Below, in pieces: positions 41,128-51,512 of a stretch of DNA of 64,000 nucleotides. The first letter of the stretch is position 1; each line of letters starts with the position of its first letter. The notes beneath the pieces are model-generated. The model made no database searches. It saw only the letters and a program-made list of their open reading frames with translations, and was not told the DNA's origin. Position numbers and translations under genes: made by a program. Origin of the DNA: Candidatus Poribacteria bacterium (GTDB lineage Bacteria > Poribacteria > WGA-4E > UBA9662). Location: assembly GCA_046582655.1 (NCBI GenBank), contig JAYGDX010000073.1:40561-104560 (forward strand), written 5' to 3'.

Positions 41128-41952
41128 ATGGCTCCCGAACTGACATTTACCAGAATTATATCTCTTTTGATTCCGGGATTTACGCAACTTATTGATCGTC
41201 GCCTTCCTAAAGCTATTGACATTATTCTAATCCAAGCCTTTTTGATTTATCCGATATATCATCAGATTGACACATTAAGCGTTATTGGATTGATTGCCTT
41301 TCCTGTATTGTGGATCTACAGTGCCGTCGATGCCATCAGTACGCACAATTTTCCAATCGCAGCAAAAGATGAAACTGTGTTTTTGTACAGCCAAATCGTC
41401 AGCCTCATTTTGATCTTTGGTATCCTGCTTGAAATTGCGATTCTTCTCACGTTTCTGTTTACTACCTTAAGTTCACAACCAGATCAACAATTGGCACAAG
41501 CCTTTCCTATGAATCAACCGGACCAACCGATTATCAAAAACCCAGAAAAACCGAAAATTGAGAAAATTGAATCGGAATACGAAAATCCAGTTGCAGACAA
41601 TTCGCAACCCGACAAGGTAGCAACAACCTCAGATGTGGATTTGACACAAGCGGAAGAAGAGGAAAACGTTTCCAATGAGTTTAATACCGAGACTAAGAAA
41701 GAGAACTTAGGCTACGTTGTAGTAGTCGCTACATTTGATCGTAGACAAAGAGCGGAAAGGCAAAAGCAAGATCTGGCAGAAAATTCAAACACAGAAATTA
41801 AGGAGGTCGGAGAAAAATATCTGGTCATTATCACCGGATTTGATACTATCGATGAGGCACGTGAGGAACAGAAAAAACATTTAAAAAAATTCACGGATTG
41901 CTACATCGCAACATCCAAAAATCCTGCCGTCATAAAATTATCTCCTGATTGA
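41128..41952 (+). CDS. membrane protein with C-terminal SPOR-like domain
   Basis: About 3 TMs, acidic linker, YVVVVATF...A...YLVIITGF....EA. Confidence 0.65.
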   Translation: MAPELTFTRIISLLIPGFTQLIDRRLPKAIDIILIQAFLIYPIYHQIDTLSVIGLIAFPVLWIYSAVDAISTHNFPIAAKDETVFLYSQIVSLILIFGILLEIAILLTFLFTTLSSQPDQQLAQAFPMNQPDQPIIKNPEKPKIEKIESEYENPVADNSQPDKVATTSDVDLTQAEEEENVSNEFNTETKKENLGYVVVVATFDRRQRAERQKQDLAENSNTEIKEVGEKYLVIITGFDTIDEAREEQKKHLKKFTDCYIATSKNPAVIKLSPD

Positions 41953-41956
41953 TACC

Positions 41957-42745
41957 ATGGAAAACATCTTGTGGTTTGCTATGCTGGGATGTCTTTTTGT
42001 AGGAGTGGGAATTGGGATTCTGATTACAAGACGAAGTAAGCAAATTCACAAACAACCTTGGCAAACACAAACAGAGCAGGCGCAAATTGGTGTTCTGACC
42101 CAAAAGCTAGTTCACGAAATTCGGAACCCACTGAACAGCATTAGCATGAATCTGCAACTTTTAGAAGAGGATTTCTCGCAAAGTCATGGAAATGATGTTA
42201 ATTTAGCCAATAGAATTCATCGTGTTCATACAGAAGTTGACCGGCTTGATTTAATATTAACAAATTTTCGTCGATACACAAAGTTACCCCCGCCAAACTT
42301 TGAGCTATCCAAACCGATAGAATTAATTGAGGAAGTTCTTGACTTCAACGAGCCAGAAATCCAAAGTCAGAATATTGAGATTAGCCGTGATATTGAGAAT
42401 CTGCCACCTGTTGAGCTTGACCCGATCCAATTCAAACAGGTATTTCTTAACTTGATTATCAATGCCAGTCAATCAATGAAAAACGGCGGGGTATTGACTA
42501 TTAGAGCTAAAGACTTAACCAATAAACTGCAAATCGAAGTTCAAGACACTGGTGATGGCATTGAGCCAGTTTATATCGATAAAATCTTCGATCTTTTCTT
42601 CTCAACAAAGGAGGAAGGAACAGGAGTGGGGCTCGCAATTGTAAAGCAAATAGTCGAATCGCACGGTGGTTCCATCAATGTTAAGAGCCGTCCTGGGCAC
42701 GGTGCAAATTTTTCAATTCAAATCCCTGTAACCCAAAACACATGA
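41957..42745 (+). CDS. histidine kinase, single TM, no sensor domain
   Basis: HEIRNPL, NL..NA, DTG.GI, FFSTK, GTGVGL. Confidence 0.9.
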   Translation: MENILWFAMLGCLFVGVGIGILITRRSKQIHKQPWQTQTEQAQIGVLTQKLVHEIRNPLNSISMNLQLLEEDFSQSHGNDVNLANRIHRVHTEVDRLDLILTNFRRYTKLPPPNFELSKPIELIEEVLDFNEPEIQSQNIEISRDIENLPPVELDPIQFKQVFLNLIINASQSMKNGGVLTIRAKDLTNKLQIEVQDTGDGIEPVYIDKIFDLFFSTKEEGTGVGLAIVKQIVESHGGSINVKSRPGHGANFSIQIPVTQNT

Positions 42746-44121
42746 GCGCAAAAATTCTGGTTGTAGATGATGAAAAATCAAGTGTAGAAGCAACAGTGGA
42801 AGTCCTTGAACGTGAAGGGTATGATCTCTATGCCGCAGCGGGTGGTCGAGAGGCCTTGAAAACACTTGATGAAGAAAGGATTGACGTTGTCATCACTGAC
42901 CTGAAGATGCCAGATCTAAGCGGAATTGAGCTTTTGACCCATATCCGTGATAGAGCGCCAGACACACAGGTCATTATCTTAACTGGTTATGGAACAGTTG
43001 ACAGTGCGGTTAAGGCGATGCATGCTGGTGCAATATCGTATCTGCAAAAACCAGTGAATATTGATATTCTCCGTCAAACCGTTCGAAACGCGTTAGAAAA
43101 ATGGGCACTCTTCATTCAAAATGTGAACCTGCGCGAGCAACTTGATGATAAGTTTGGATTCGATAACATTATCGGACGTTCAAAGCCGATGATTGAGCTT
43201 TTTCGCCTGACCCGGCAAGTAGCACCAACAAATGCGACAGTACTTATTACAGGCGAAAATGGTGTTGGTAAAGAACTGATTGCTAAAGCGATACATAATC
43301 ATAGTCGTCGAACAGATAAGCCATATAAGGTGATTAACTGTGCAGCCCTGACGCCAACGTTGCTTGAAAGTGAGCTTTTTGGGCATGAACGGGGCGCATT
43401 CACTGGCGCGACAAGCAGAAAATTGGGTATCTTTGAACAGAGTCATAATGGTACACTTGTCCTTGATGAGATTGGTGAAATGGGACTTGAAGCCCAAGTT
43501 CGATTCCTCCGCGTCTTGGAACAGGGCGAATTTACCAGAGTTGGTGGTGACAAAACAATCACAGTTGATGTTCGCATTATTGCCGCTACCAATAGAGACC
43601 TGGAAGAAGCAGTGACGAACAAGGATTTCCGACCGGACTTGTATCACCGCATCAATAGATTTCGACTGAGAGTGCCACCGCTCCGTGAAAGGCGAGAGGA
43701 TATTCCGTTGTTGGTTGACGTCTTCATCAAGGAGTTAAGCCGTGAGCATGTTAAACCAATCTCAGAAATCACGGTTAAAGCAATGGATTACCTCAAAAAG
43801 CAAGATTGGTCAGGCAACATTCGTGAGTTGCGTAATACAATCGAAACCGCCGTTATCCTGACGACGACAGAGTCAATTTCGATTGAAGATTTTTTTACTG
43901 ATACTCAGAAGGTACCACAGCAAACAGAAGGTCCGGCTGGAGATTCTGTCGGCACAATTGGTATGACAATGGAAGAAATTGAGAAAGAGGCAATTCACAA
44001 AACTCTTGAGCAAACTAGCGGAAATAAAAAACAGGCAGCTGAAATCTTGGGAATTGGCCTTCGAACACTTTATCGAAAACTTGAGTCTTACGGTTGGATA
44101 AATGCTGAAAGAGAACTGTAA
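42742..44121 (+). CDS. sigma54-dependent response regulator
   Basis: REC, GENGVGKE, GAFTGA, LDE, W.GNIREL, HTH LGIGLRTLYRKL. Confidence 0.93.
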   Translation: MSAKILVVDDEKSSVEATVEVLEREGYDLYAAAGGREALKTLDEERIDVVITDLKMPDLSGIELLTHIRDRAPDTQVIILTGYGTVDSAVKAMHAGAISYLQKPVNIDILRQTVRNALEKWALFIQNVNLREQLDDKFGFDNIIGRSKPMIELFRLTRQVAPTNATVLITGENGVGKELIAKAIHNHSRRTDKPYKVINCAALTPTLLESELFGHERGAFTGATSRKLGIFEQSHNGTLVLDEIGEMGLEAQVRFLRVLEQGEFTRVGGDKTITVDVRIIAATNRDLEEAVTNKDFRPDLYHRINRFRLRVPPLRERREDIPLLVDVFIKELSREHVKPISEITVKAMDYLKKQDWSGNIRELRNTIETAVILTTTESISIEDFFTDTQKVPQQTEGPAGDSVGTIGMTMEEIEKEAIHKTLEQTSGNKKQAAEILGIGLRTLYRKLESYGWINAEREL

Positions 44122-44146
44122 ATTGAATAATAAAGGAGAAAAGTAA

Positions 44147-44821
44147 ATGCAATTGAATTTTCAGAAGGTTATTGATCTCTCCTACCAAGTAGATGAAAAC
44201 AGCCCGCGTGAGCTTCCAATCGATCCGGTTAGAATTTACGATACGGCAACGATTGAAAAAGACGGCTACTTTGAAAGTCGTGTAGATCTATCTGGTCACT
44301 GCGCAACTCATATTGATGTGCCATGCTTGATGTATGCAGATGGTTACACGGTTGCAGAGATTCCAATTGACAAACTCACTGGTGAAGCGGTCTTGATTGA
44401 TCTATCCAACAGTAAGCAACCTGGTGACCAAGTAACAGCAGAAGATCTGCAGAATTGGGTTTCTGAAAACGGTGACATTGGTGTAGAAAGTATCGTCTTT
44501 CTTCGAACTGGAATGGACCGCTTGGTTAACGAGGAAATCTTTAACCAAAAGTGGATTGGATATAGCAAAGATGCTGCTGAGTTACTTGTAGAAAAGGAAA
44601 TAAAAGTTGTGGGAACTGATGCATGTAGCATTGATGCGTTAGCCGGCCATCAAGAGGACGGACTGCCTCCGGCTCATCTTGCTTTTCTCGGAGTGGGAAT
44701 TCCACAAATCGAAGATCTAAAAAATCTGGGTAATTTGCCTAAACATTTTTATGTTGTTATTGCACCAATGAAGTTAGCCAGAAGTTCTGCGGCGCCTGCC
44801 CGAGTTTTGGCTTTCATCTAG
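44147..44821 (+). CDS. cyclase family (kynurenine formamidase-like) metallohydrolase
   Basis: IDLS, HCATHIDVP, GTD, H....G..IE.L.NL. Confidence 0.88.
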   Translation: MQLNFQKVIDLSYQVDENSPRELPIDPVRIYDTATIEKDGYFESRVDLSGHCATHIDVPCLMYADGYTVAEIPIDKLTGEAVLIDLSNSKQPGDQVTAEDLQNWVSENGDIGVESIVFLRTGMDRLVNEEIFNQKWIGYSKDAAELLVEKEIKVVGTDACSIDALAGHQEDGLPPAHLAFLGVGIPQIEDLKNLGNLPKHFYVVIAPMKLARSSAAPARVLAFI

Positions 44822-44838
44822 AAAAAAAAATAGATGAG

Positions 44839-45549
44839 GTGTTAGTTATGAAACCGTTTTTTTTCGTTGTATGGTCGTTATTGATATCAGGTATTTGCGT
44901 GGCTGGTATTTGGCGTGATGACTTTGAAGACAAAAATACCAAGGAATGGAAAATATTCAACGAGGATCCAAAAGTCGAGAAATGGTGGATTGATAGTGGG
45001 GAAGCAGTTGGAGAAATCTTCCTTGAAGGCTTTATGAGTCTCTGGACTACAGGAGATTTGGATTGGTTAGACTATTCGATGTCATGTCGAGCTAAACTAG
45101 GAAAAGAGAAAAATATTTTCGACACCCCATATCTCGGAATGACGATTTTCGATCGGGGCGAAGAAGATACACGCTACCTGTTCTTCATTGAATACGCCAA
45201 TGAAAGGGCAACTATTGCCAAAGCAACTCCAGAGAATTGGTCCATCATACCTTTCCCTTTTGTAGCAGAGAAGGATAAATGGTATAACCTTCGAGCAACT
45301 GTTAACGGCGATCTGCTTGAATTCCAAATTGACGATCAGGTATTCTCAGCCATTGATCCGGACCCACTCGAGTCCGGTCAAGCCGGCTTAATTGTTTCAG
45401 ATGCGCAAGCCCGTTTTGATGATGTCGAAATCAGGGGGGATGATATCCGAGATGGTGGGCCGGGCAAACCCCGCCCGGTCGAATTAAAGCATAAGCTTAC
45501 AACAACTTGGTCAAAGGTTAAGATTGGCCAACTCAATCGATTTGAGTGA
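44839..45549 (+). CDS. secreted beta-sandwich (LamG/DUF1080-like) protein with KLxxTW tail
   Basis: Signal peptide, RDDFED, W.DY, G.AGL, FDDVEI, tail VELKHKLTTTWSKVK. Confidence 0.7.
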   Translation: MLVMKPFFFVVWSLLISGICVAGIWRDDFEDKNTKEWKIFNEDPKVEKWWIDSGEAVGEIFLEGFMSLWTTGDLDWLDYSMSCRAKLGKEKNIFDTPYLGMTIFDRGEEDTRYLFFIEYANERATIAKATPENWSIIPFPFVAEKDKWYNLRATVNGDLLEFQIDDQVFSAIDPDPLESGQAGLIVSDAQARFDDVEIRGDDIRDGGPGKPRPVELKHKLTTTWSKVKIGQLNRFE

Positions 45550-45562
45550 TTTCGGTCTTGGT

Positions 45563-46915
45563 CTAGAAATCCAATTTTACACCAATTTCGAACGATGTTG
45601 TTTTAATTGGTTTGAATGATTTTTCACCGTCATCATCTACCGTTTGCTGGAAGGTATATTGGTGGATAATGCCAAACTCAAGCGGTATGCCTGCGGAAAT
45701 GATCTCGTATCCCAATCGCACTGTAAAAGCTGACTTCTCGTCAAGCCGAGCTATATCCTCAAAAAAGTCGGGATCTACTTCTTTCCCGTCATTATCTATA
45801 TACTTTTGTCCGATATTTCGTTTGGTGTAGAAAGCACGAAGCGATAGTTTGTCGATTAGCCCGTCCTCAGAAACGCCCAAATACATCTTCGGATCGCTAT
45901 CGCTATAGCCCTCAAAAGTACCAATCAAATTAACCTTAGGAAGTATGTGGGATGTAATTAGTGAGTAAAACCCGTTTATGGAAACTCCATCCTTTTTCTC
46001 ATCTAATCCAAGAAATGTTGGTGCTGACACATCATAATTGTGATCAAATATCGTTGGAAGAAACTTTTCACCGAGAATTCGATACTCTAATTTGAAGATT
46101 GACTTAAAAGCTGAAAGTCCTATGCCTGTGGAATTTCCTTGTGCCAACTCTGTTTCACCATTTGGCCCAACCTTGGTATTCAAAAAGACAAGATCGTTAT
46201 AGAGGTCTACTTGTAAGGTATCACTGCTCACAATCGATATCCCCGCATCAACCCCCATTGCTACAAGTGGGTCTTCATCTGTTTTGGGATCATTATCCAA
46301 ATCCAAATCGGGATTTGTATCGGTTAGATATGTACCCCCTAACTCAAAACGACCTAACGGTCGGTAATAAACACGTCCACCCAAAACAGAAGGGGATCCC
46401 ATATCGTTGATGATTGTTTCAATACCGAACTTATTCTGTAACCGCGCGTTTAAACGCAACCCACGCCGATCATGGTTTGAGTAACCCGACATGATGAAAC
46501 CGTGACCGATAGTTACGTAGTCAAAGGCACCGAAATGGGCGTAAAATGGCTCAGCCGGTTGACCATACCGAACGAAACGAAGCGCACGCAGATAGTTGCT
46601 TAGGCTATTCCACTCTTCACCATTTTCAGCCAATACTTTGAACTCATTTTCACCAGTTTCTTCGTTGGCTACATTGCCAAGAAGGAGAACCAGGTCAAGC
46701 CCTATACCAATTTTTCCAAAGGTGGTTTCCGGCTGCAGTTGCGTACGAAAATACGGCGTTCCATCAATCCACGTAAATCCACCACCTGTCAACCCAAGTT
46801 GCTCCATTGCCACCATCTGCATGTCTAAACCACCAACTTCTTGTGCCTGTGACAGGCACACACTCACAAACAGTAAAATGACAAACAAACTACCAGTCAA
46901 GCTTTTAACTCTCAT
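45563..46915 (-). CDS. putative outer-membrane beta-barrel protein
   Basis: Signal peptide, amphipathic strands, terminal FEIGVKLDF. Confidence 0.65.
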   Translation of the reverse strand: MRVKSLTGSLFVILLFVSVCLSQAQEVGGLDMQMVAMEQLGLTGGGFTWIDGTPYFRTQLQPETTFGKIGIGLDLVLLLGNVANEETGENEFKVLAENGEEWNSLSNYLRALRFVRYGQPAEPFYAHFGAFDYVTIGHGFIMSGYSNHDRRGLRLNARLQNKFGIETIINDMGSPSVLGGRVYYRPLGRFELGGTYLTDTNPDLDLDNDPKTDEDPLVAMGVDAGISIVSSDTLQVDLYNDLVFLNTKVGPNGETELAQGNSTGIGLSAFKSIFKLEYRILGEKFLPTIFDHNYDVSAPTFLGLDEKKDGVSINGFYSLITSHILPKVNLIGTFEGYSDSDPKMYLGVSEDGLIDKLSLRAFYTKRNIGQKYIDNDGKEVDPDFFEDIARLDEKSAFTVRLGYEIISAGIPLEFGIIHQYTFQQTVDDDGEKSFKPIKTTSFEIGVKLDF

Positions 46916-46935
46916 CGATTTCCCTCTTATAAAAT

Positions 46936-47598
46936 TCAGATAATTTTTCCATCTTTCATGTGTATTACTCGATCAGCATTTTTCCTTAATTCCTGATAGT
47001 GTGTTACGATGGCTATGGTGGTCTGACCATCCTGACGGAGTTCTCGCACTAGCTCCATCAAATTCTGACTCTGTCGACTGTCAAGGTTGGCCGTGGGTTC
47101 ATCGGCGAAGATAATCTTGGGTTGATTAGCCAAGGCGCGTGCAAAAGAAACCCTCTGTTTTTCACCACCTGATAGTTGCCCAGGACGGTGGCTTAAGCGA
47201 TGTTCCAGACCAACACGTGTGAGCAAATTTTTAGCCCGTTTTTCTGCTTCGAAACCTCTGGTATTTGATATATCCATGGCAAGCATCACGTTTTCTAATG
47301 CTGTCAAGTAGGGTATGAGATTGAACAATTGAAATACAAATCCAACATCTCTACGGCGAATTAACGATAGATCGTCATTTTCATAGTCAACTAATTTTTG
47401 ATTGATGCGAAGTTCCCCTTCGTCAGGGGTCAGAATACAACCGAGAAGACTGATCAAGGTGGTTTTGCCGCATCCGCTATCTCCCATGATCATGACAAGC
47501 TCACCCATCTTAATACTAATATCAACTTGGTTGACAGCTACAATTTCTGCGGCTGATTGACCGAATTTTTTGGTTAAGCCTTTGGCTTCAATAATCAT
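46936..47598 (-). CDS. ABC transporter ATP-binding protein (LolD/MacB-like)
   Basis: GDSGCGKTT, FVFQLFNL, LSGGEKQR, ADEPT. Confidence 0.92.
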   Translation of the reverse strand: MIIEAKGLTKKFGQSAAEIVAVNQVDISIKMGELVMIMGDSGCGKTTLISLLGCILTPDEGELRINQKLVDYENDDLSLIRRRDVGFVFQLFNLIPYLTALENVMLAMDISNTRGFEAEKRAKNLLTRVGLEHRLSHRPGQLSGGEKQRVSFARALANQPKIIFADEPTANLDSRQSQNLMELVRELRQDGQTTIAIVTHYQELRKNADRVIHMKDGKII

Positions 47599-48728
47599 CA
47601 GATCTCTCCTCTGAACGCAACCATTGGGTCAACGAGGGTTGCCCGAAGCCCTGCGCCAATCCCTCCAGCGCAACAAACCACGAAACTGATGGCTGATACC
47701 ACAACCGATTCAACAGGATCTATTCTTACGAAGATTGGTGCGAATAGTGCGAAAAGATAGGATAGGATCAGTCCAAAGACAACACCGATGACAGAGGTAA
47801 GCGCGACTTGCTTTAAGATCAGTAACATCACATAATGATTAGATGCTCCAATTGCTTTCAAAATACCGATTTCCTGTGTTTTCTCAAGTGTGGTTACGTA
47901 AGTAATCATTGTTACCAGAACAAGAGCCGTAAACCAGAGCATAACTTCCAGGAACATGACTGCTTTCATCGGTTCATCAACGTAGGTATCAATAATGTCA
48001 GCGAGTGTTTGGTCAAGTGTTCGTACTTCAATTAAACCTTGCTGATCTAGATCTGTAGCAATTTCTGATACGTTGTGGTTGTCCTTGCTTTTGGCAATCA
48101 TCATATTGACGTGCAGATAATTATCAAGTAACACATCTTGGGCTGTTCGGATATCCATAAAAAGAAGTGGTGTGTCAAGAACGAACATTAGACTTTTTGT
48201 TTTACCAACAACTTTTAGCTCTTTCCCGCCAATCATGATTCTTTCACCGATAGTGAGATCCATCTTTTCGTCGACGACAACTTCTGCTAGCGGGAGATCT
48301 TGTGGCCGATAATCCTCAAATTCGCTTGGTGTGAACATTCTGCCTACAATTGCGTGGCGAGGTCCACCAAGTTTGTCGCGTTTATAACCGACAACAATGG
48401 CTTTTTGGGCCTTTCCTCTGATGATTGGTCGCGCTTGGGCAAAAACGAGAGGAGACACAGAATTGGCCGCCAGTCTTTTGTCATGTCTGAGGAAAGCAAG
48501 GTATTCCGGTACCAGAAGGGAAAAACCAATAAATGCACCTCCTGATCCTTTAGCAGAAATCCAAATGTCTGCGCCAGTTGAGTCCACATATTGACGGGCC
48601 TGAATCTTCATCCCATTCATAATACCGCCTAAGAATAGGATGAGCGCAATCAAGAGGGTGATACCAATTATCGTCAAGACAACTCGTGCTTGACGATATG
48701 CCATATCTTTGAGGAAGATTTTACTCAT
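47598..48728 (-). CDS. ABC transporter permease (FtsX/MacB family)
   Basis: TM1, periplasmic domain, three C-terminal TMs, EIGILKAIGA. Confidence 0.9.
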   Translation of the reverse strand: MSKIFLKDMAYRQARVVLTIIGITLLIALILFLGGIMNGMKIQARQYVDSTGADIWISAKGSGGAFIGFSLLVPEYLAFLRHDKRLAANSVSPLVFAQARPIIRGKAQKAIVVGYKRDKLGGPRHAIVGRMFTPSEFEDYRPQDLPLAEVVVDEKMDLTIGERIMIGGKELKVVGKTKSLMFVLDTPLLFMDIRTAQDVLLDNYLHVNMMIAKSKDNHNVSEIATDLDQQGLIEVRTLDQTLADIIDTYVDEPMKAVMFLEVMLWFTALVLVTMITYVTTLEKTQEIGILKAIGASNHYVMLLILKQVALTSVIGVVFGLILSYLFALFAPIFVRIDPVESVVVSAISFVVCCAGGIGAGLRATLVDPMVAFRGEI

Positions 48729-48795
48729 TCTGGCTAACAGGACAGATTTTTATTTAAAGACTGGGAGCCTTTAGTAAACGAATCAGCAAATATCT

Positions 48796-49581
48796 CTATT
48801 GGCCTTCACTATCAGCTTTTCGTTGCCCGCTGTTTTCTTTTGGTGATTCAGTCTCGTCTTTCTCGAATTTCTCAAGATCTATTTGATGTCTGAACCGGGG
48901 CTCACGAAGATAATCAATTGTAAATTTTCGGACAGATAAAATGGGATACGAGCCGTCAAACCCCGCGATTTCCCCGCGAATCCGGACTATGTGTTCGCCT
49001 TTTCCCGCTTCCATTCGCAACAAATCAAACTGGTCATTATCACTGAAAACGAACTTCTGTTCAAATAATCCTGGGGTGACCAGCGCATGATTAACAGCAG
49101 AGGTCTCTCCACGCCAGTTGCGCCAGAACGGAACATTTCGAATGTAACTGCGAGACCAACCAGCATGTGCAAACATAACTCCAGATACAGTTGCATTAGA
49201 CTTGACAACGTAATTTTTGCTGATGGCACCAATACCACGAAAACGGTGGTCGTTTAATTGGCGTATGATGCGATGGACATGAACGTATCGCCCTTTTTTG
49301 GGAGTAATTTCAACAAGCGTAGTATGATGGCTTTTTCGACCATGAACATCGATGAAATCACGAAAATTCACGTTTTCCGGTTCAACATAGGGACGAAGTA
49401 ATCGGCGGATTTGTAAGGCATCAGCATTACTGACGTGACTAAAAATTTGAACTTCAATCTTTTCTACTGGATTCGGTTCTGTTTCTGCGGAATCTAGTTC
49501 CGCTGATGTTGATACGGGCAAAAACAATATTCCGATAAAAGCTGCCATCCAAATATAAATCGGAAACCTTTGTGAAAACAT
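48796..49581 (-). CDS. hypothetical secreted protein
   Basis: 261-aa ORF with signal peptide after AGGAG; no family recognised. Confidence 0.65.
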   Translation of the reverse strand: MFSQRFPIYIWMAAFIGILFLPVSTSAELDSAETEPNPVEKIEVQIFSHVSNADALQIRRLLRPYVEPENVNFRDFIDVHGRKSHHTTLVEITPKKGRYVHVHRIIRQLNDHRFRGIGAISKNYVVKSNATVSGVMFAHAGWSRSYIRNVPFWRNWRGETSAVNHALVTPGLFEQKFVFSDNDQFDLLRMEAGKGEHIVRIRGEIAGFDGSYPILSVRKFTIDYLREPRFRHQIDLEKFEKDETESPKENSGQRKADSEGQ

Positions 49582-49773
49582 TTTTTATCTCCTGCTTTGA
49601 TCGTAAGTTAACAGAAAGAATAAACCTCCAACAAATCAACCTGAAATTCAAATCGCATATTAACCAACACGGATGTAATTATACCTCAGATACGCTTTGG
49701 ATTCAACTTTTGCCAGTGAGCGTGGTTATGTTATAATCCCAGATTATCATTAAATTTGTGGGACGGTATTTGG

Positions 49774-50781
49774 ATGGAGAATTTTGGAATTGGTCTAGTT
49801 GGTGCTGGCGGCATGGGCAGAAGTTTGGTGCTGGAAGCCAACCAAATTGAAGGTGTTGAAATTATATTTGTGAGTGATCTTAATGAAAACAGGGCAAAGA
49901 GTTTGGCAGAGGAAGTCAATGCATCTTATACACTTGATTATCATAGATTGCTTAGTGATGACCGGATTCATGCTGTATTTGTCGCCTCTCCACCATTCTT
50001 GCACGCACCCATATCAATTGATGCCATGAATTCAGGTAAGCACGTCTTTTGCGAAAAACCGATGGCGACTACGCTTACAGACTGCGATGCCATGATCAAA
50101 ACCGCAGAACAAAGGCAAGTGAGCTTGGGTATCGGTTTGGTTTGCAGATTTCACGCAACTCACTCAAAAGTGAGGGATGTTGTTGTAAGTGGACAGATGG
50201 GAAAGCCAATTAGCATACACGTGCATCGTATTGGTGGACCATGGCAAGGTGGTAGCTATCATACCGATTGGCGGATGCAACGCGAAAAATGCGGTGGATT
50301 TTTGATGGAGGTTAACGCACACGAACTCGACTTTATGCGTTGGACATGCGGGGAGGTCAAGAAAGTTTATGCCGCTGGAGGCATCTATATCCAGCACGAA
50401 GCAGACTATGCCGATCTTGTCGTCGCTTCTCTGAATTTCGAAAGTGGCGCCATTGGCCTCCTACACTCCGGTCAGGTTTCAGCTATCGGGGGTTATGGCG
50501 GACGTGTTGATTGTGAGAAGGGATCTGTTTTTTTCCCGCAGATCTGGGATGGGGATTCGAAGATTCAAATTAAGAGATTTGATGGAAGCAGCGAAGATAT
50601 CCCTATTTCCTCAATTGAAGTGGAAAGTCCAGTACGAGCTGAAATACGTGCATTCATTGATGCTGTCGTCAATGGAACACCACCACCAGTCACTGGTGCC
50701 GATGGCCGAGCGGCCACAGAAATTGCGCTGGCCGCATACGAATCTATTGAAACCGGGGATCCTGTTAATCTGCCGATGTGA
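49774..50781 (+). CDS. Gfo/Idh/MocA family oxidoreductase
   Basis: GLVGAGGMG, HVFCEKPM, GG..ME..AHELD. Confidence 0.9.
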   Translation: MENFGIGLVGAGGMGRSLVLEANQIEGVEIIFVSDLNENRAKSLAEEVNASYTLDYHRLLSDDRIHAVFVASPPFLHAPISIDAMNSGKHVFCEKPMATTLTDCDAMIKTAEQRQVSLGIGLVCRFHATHSKVRDVVVSGQMGKPISIHVHRIGGPWQGGSYHTDWRMQREKCGGFLMEVNAHELDFMRWTCGEVKKVYAAGGIYIQHEADYADLVVASLNFESGAIGLLHSGQVSAIGGYGGRVDCEKGSVFFPQIWDGDSKIQIKRFDGSSEDIPISSIEVESPVRAEIRAFIDAVVNGTPPPVTGADGRAATEIALAAYESIETGDPVNLPM

Positions 50782-50790
50782 TCTGTCTCA

Positions 50791-51501
50791 CTACATCAAT
50801 GGTGTCCGAATTATGGCTTCTGAAATGTGCGCTTGTCTCGGTTGGGTGACCAGAAAAAGAATCAAATTCGCAACATCTTCTGGTTGAATCAAGTGCTCTA
50901 TGACATCATCAGGGTGGTTATCCCTACGCATTTTAGTATCAGTTGCTCCAGGACAGACAGCGTAAGCCTTCACCCCATGTCGTCGCCCCTCAGCGTATGT
51001 AACTTCAGTCAAACCGACCACACCAAATTTTGCCGCACTATAGGCGCCGAAGCTCGGTGGTCCAACTTTCCCTGCTCCCGATGAAACATTGACAATATGA
51101 CCGTATTTCTGGTCACACATTTGCCTAAAAACCGCCTGTGTACATAAGAAGGTGCCTTTTAGGTTCACGGCAATCTGATCATCCCAATCCTGTTCCTCGA
51201 TATTGGGAATCAGGTTATGTTTGGCTAAACCTGCGTTGTTAACCAAGATGTCCACTTTCCCAAACGCGTCATAGGTTTTTTGCGCCATGCTTTCAACCTG
51301 TGACTTCTGTGTCACATCAGTTGGGATTGCCAACGCCTTTCGTCCAAGAGCACGTACTTCATCAGCAACCACCTCAATTTCTGATACAGATCGTGCAGCT
51401 AAGGTGAGATCCACTCCTTCCTTAGCCAATACCAAAGCCGTTTTTCTACCAATACCACGTCCAGCGCCAGTAACGATAGCAACATGGTTCGCAAGTTTCA
51501 T
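50791..51501 (-). CDS. SDR family oxidoreductase
   Basis: TGAGRGIG, NNAG, YSAAK. Confidence 0.92.
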   Translation of the reverse strand: MKLANHVAIVTGAGRGIGRKTALVLAKEGVDLTLAARSVSEIEVVADEVRALGRKALAIPTDVTQKSQVESMAQKTYDAFGKVDILVNNAGLAKHNLIPNIEEQDWDDQIAVNLKGTFLCTQAVFRQMCDQKYGHIVNVSSGAGKVGPPSFGAYSAAKFGVVGLTEVTYAEGRRHGVKAYAVCPGATDTKMRRDNHPDDVIEHLIQPEDVANLILFLVTQPRQAHISEAIIRTPLM

Positions 51502-51512
51502 TCCTTATTCCT

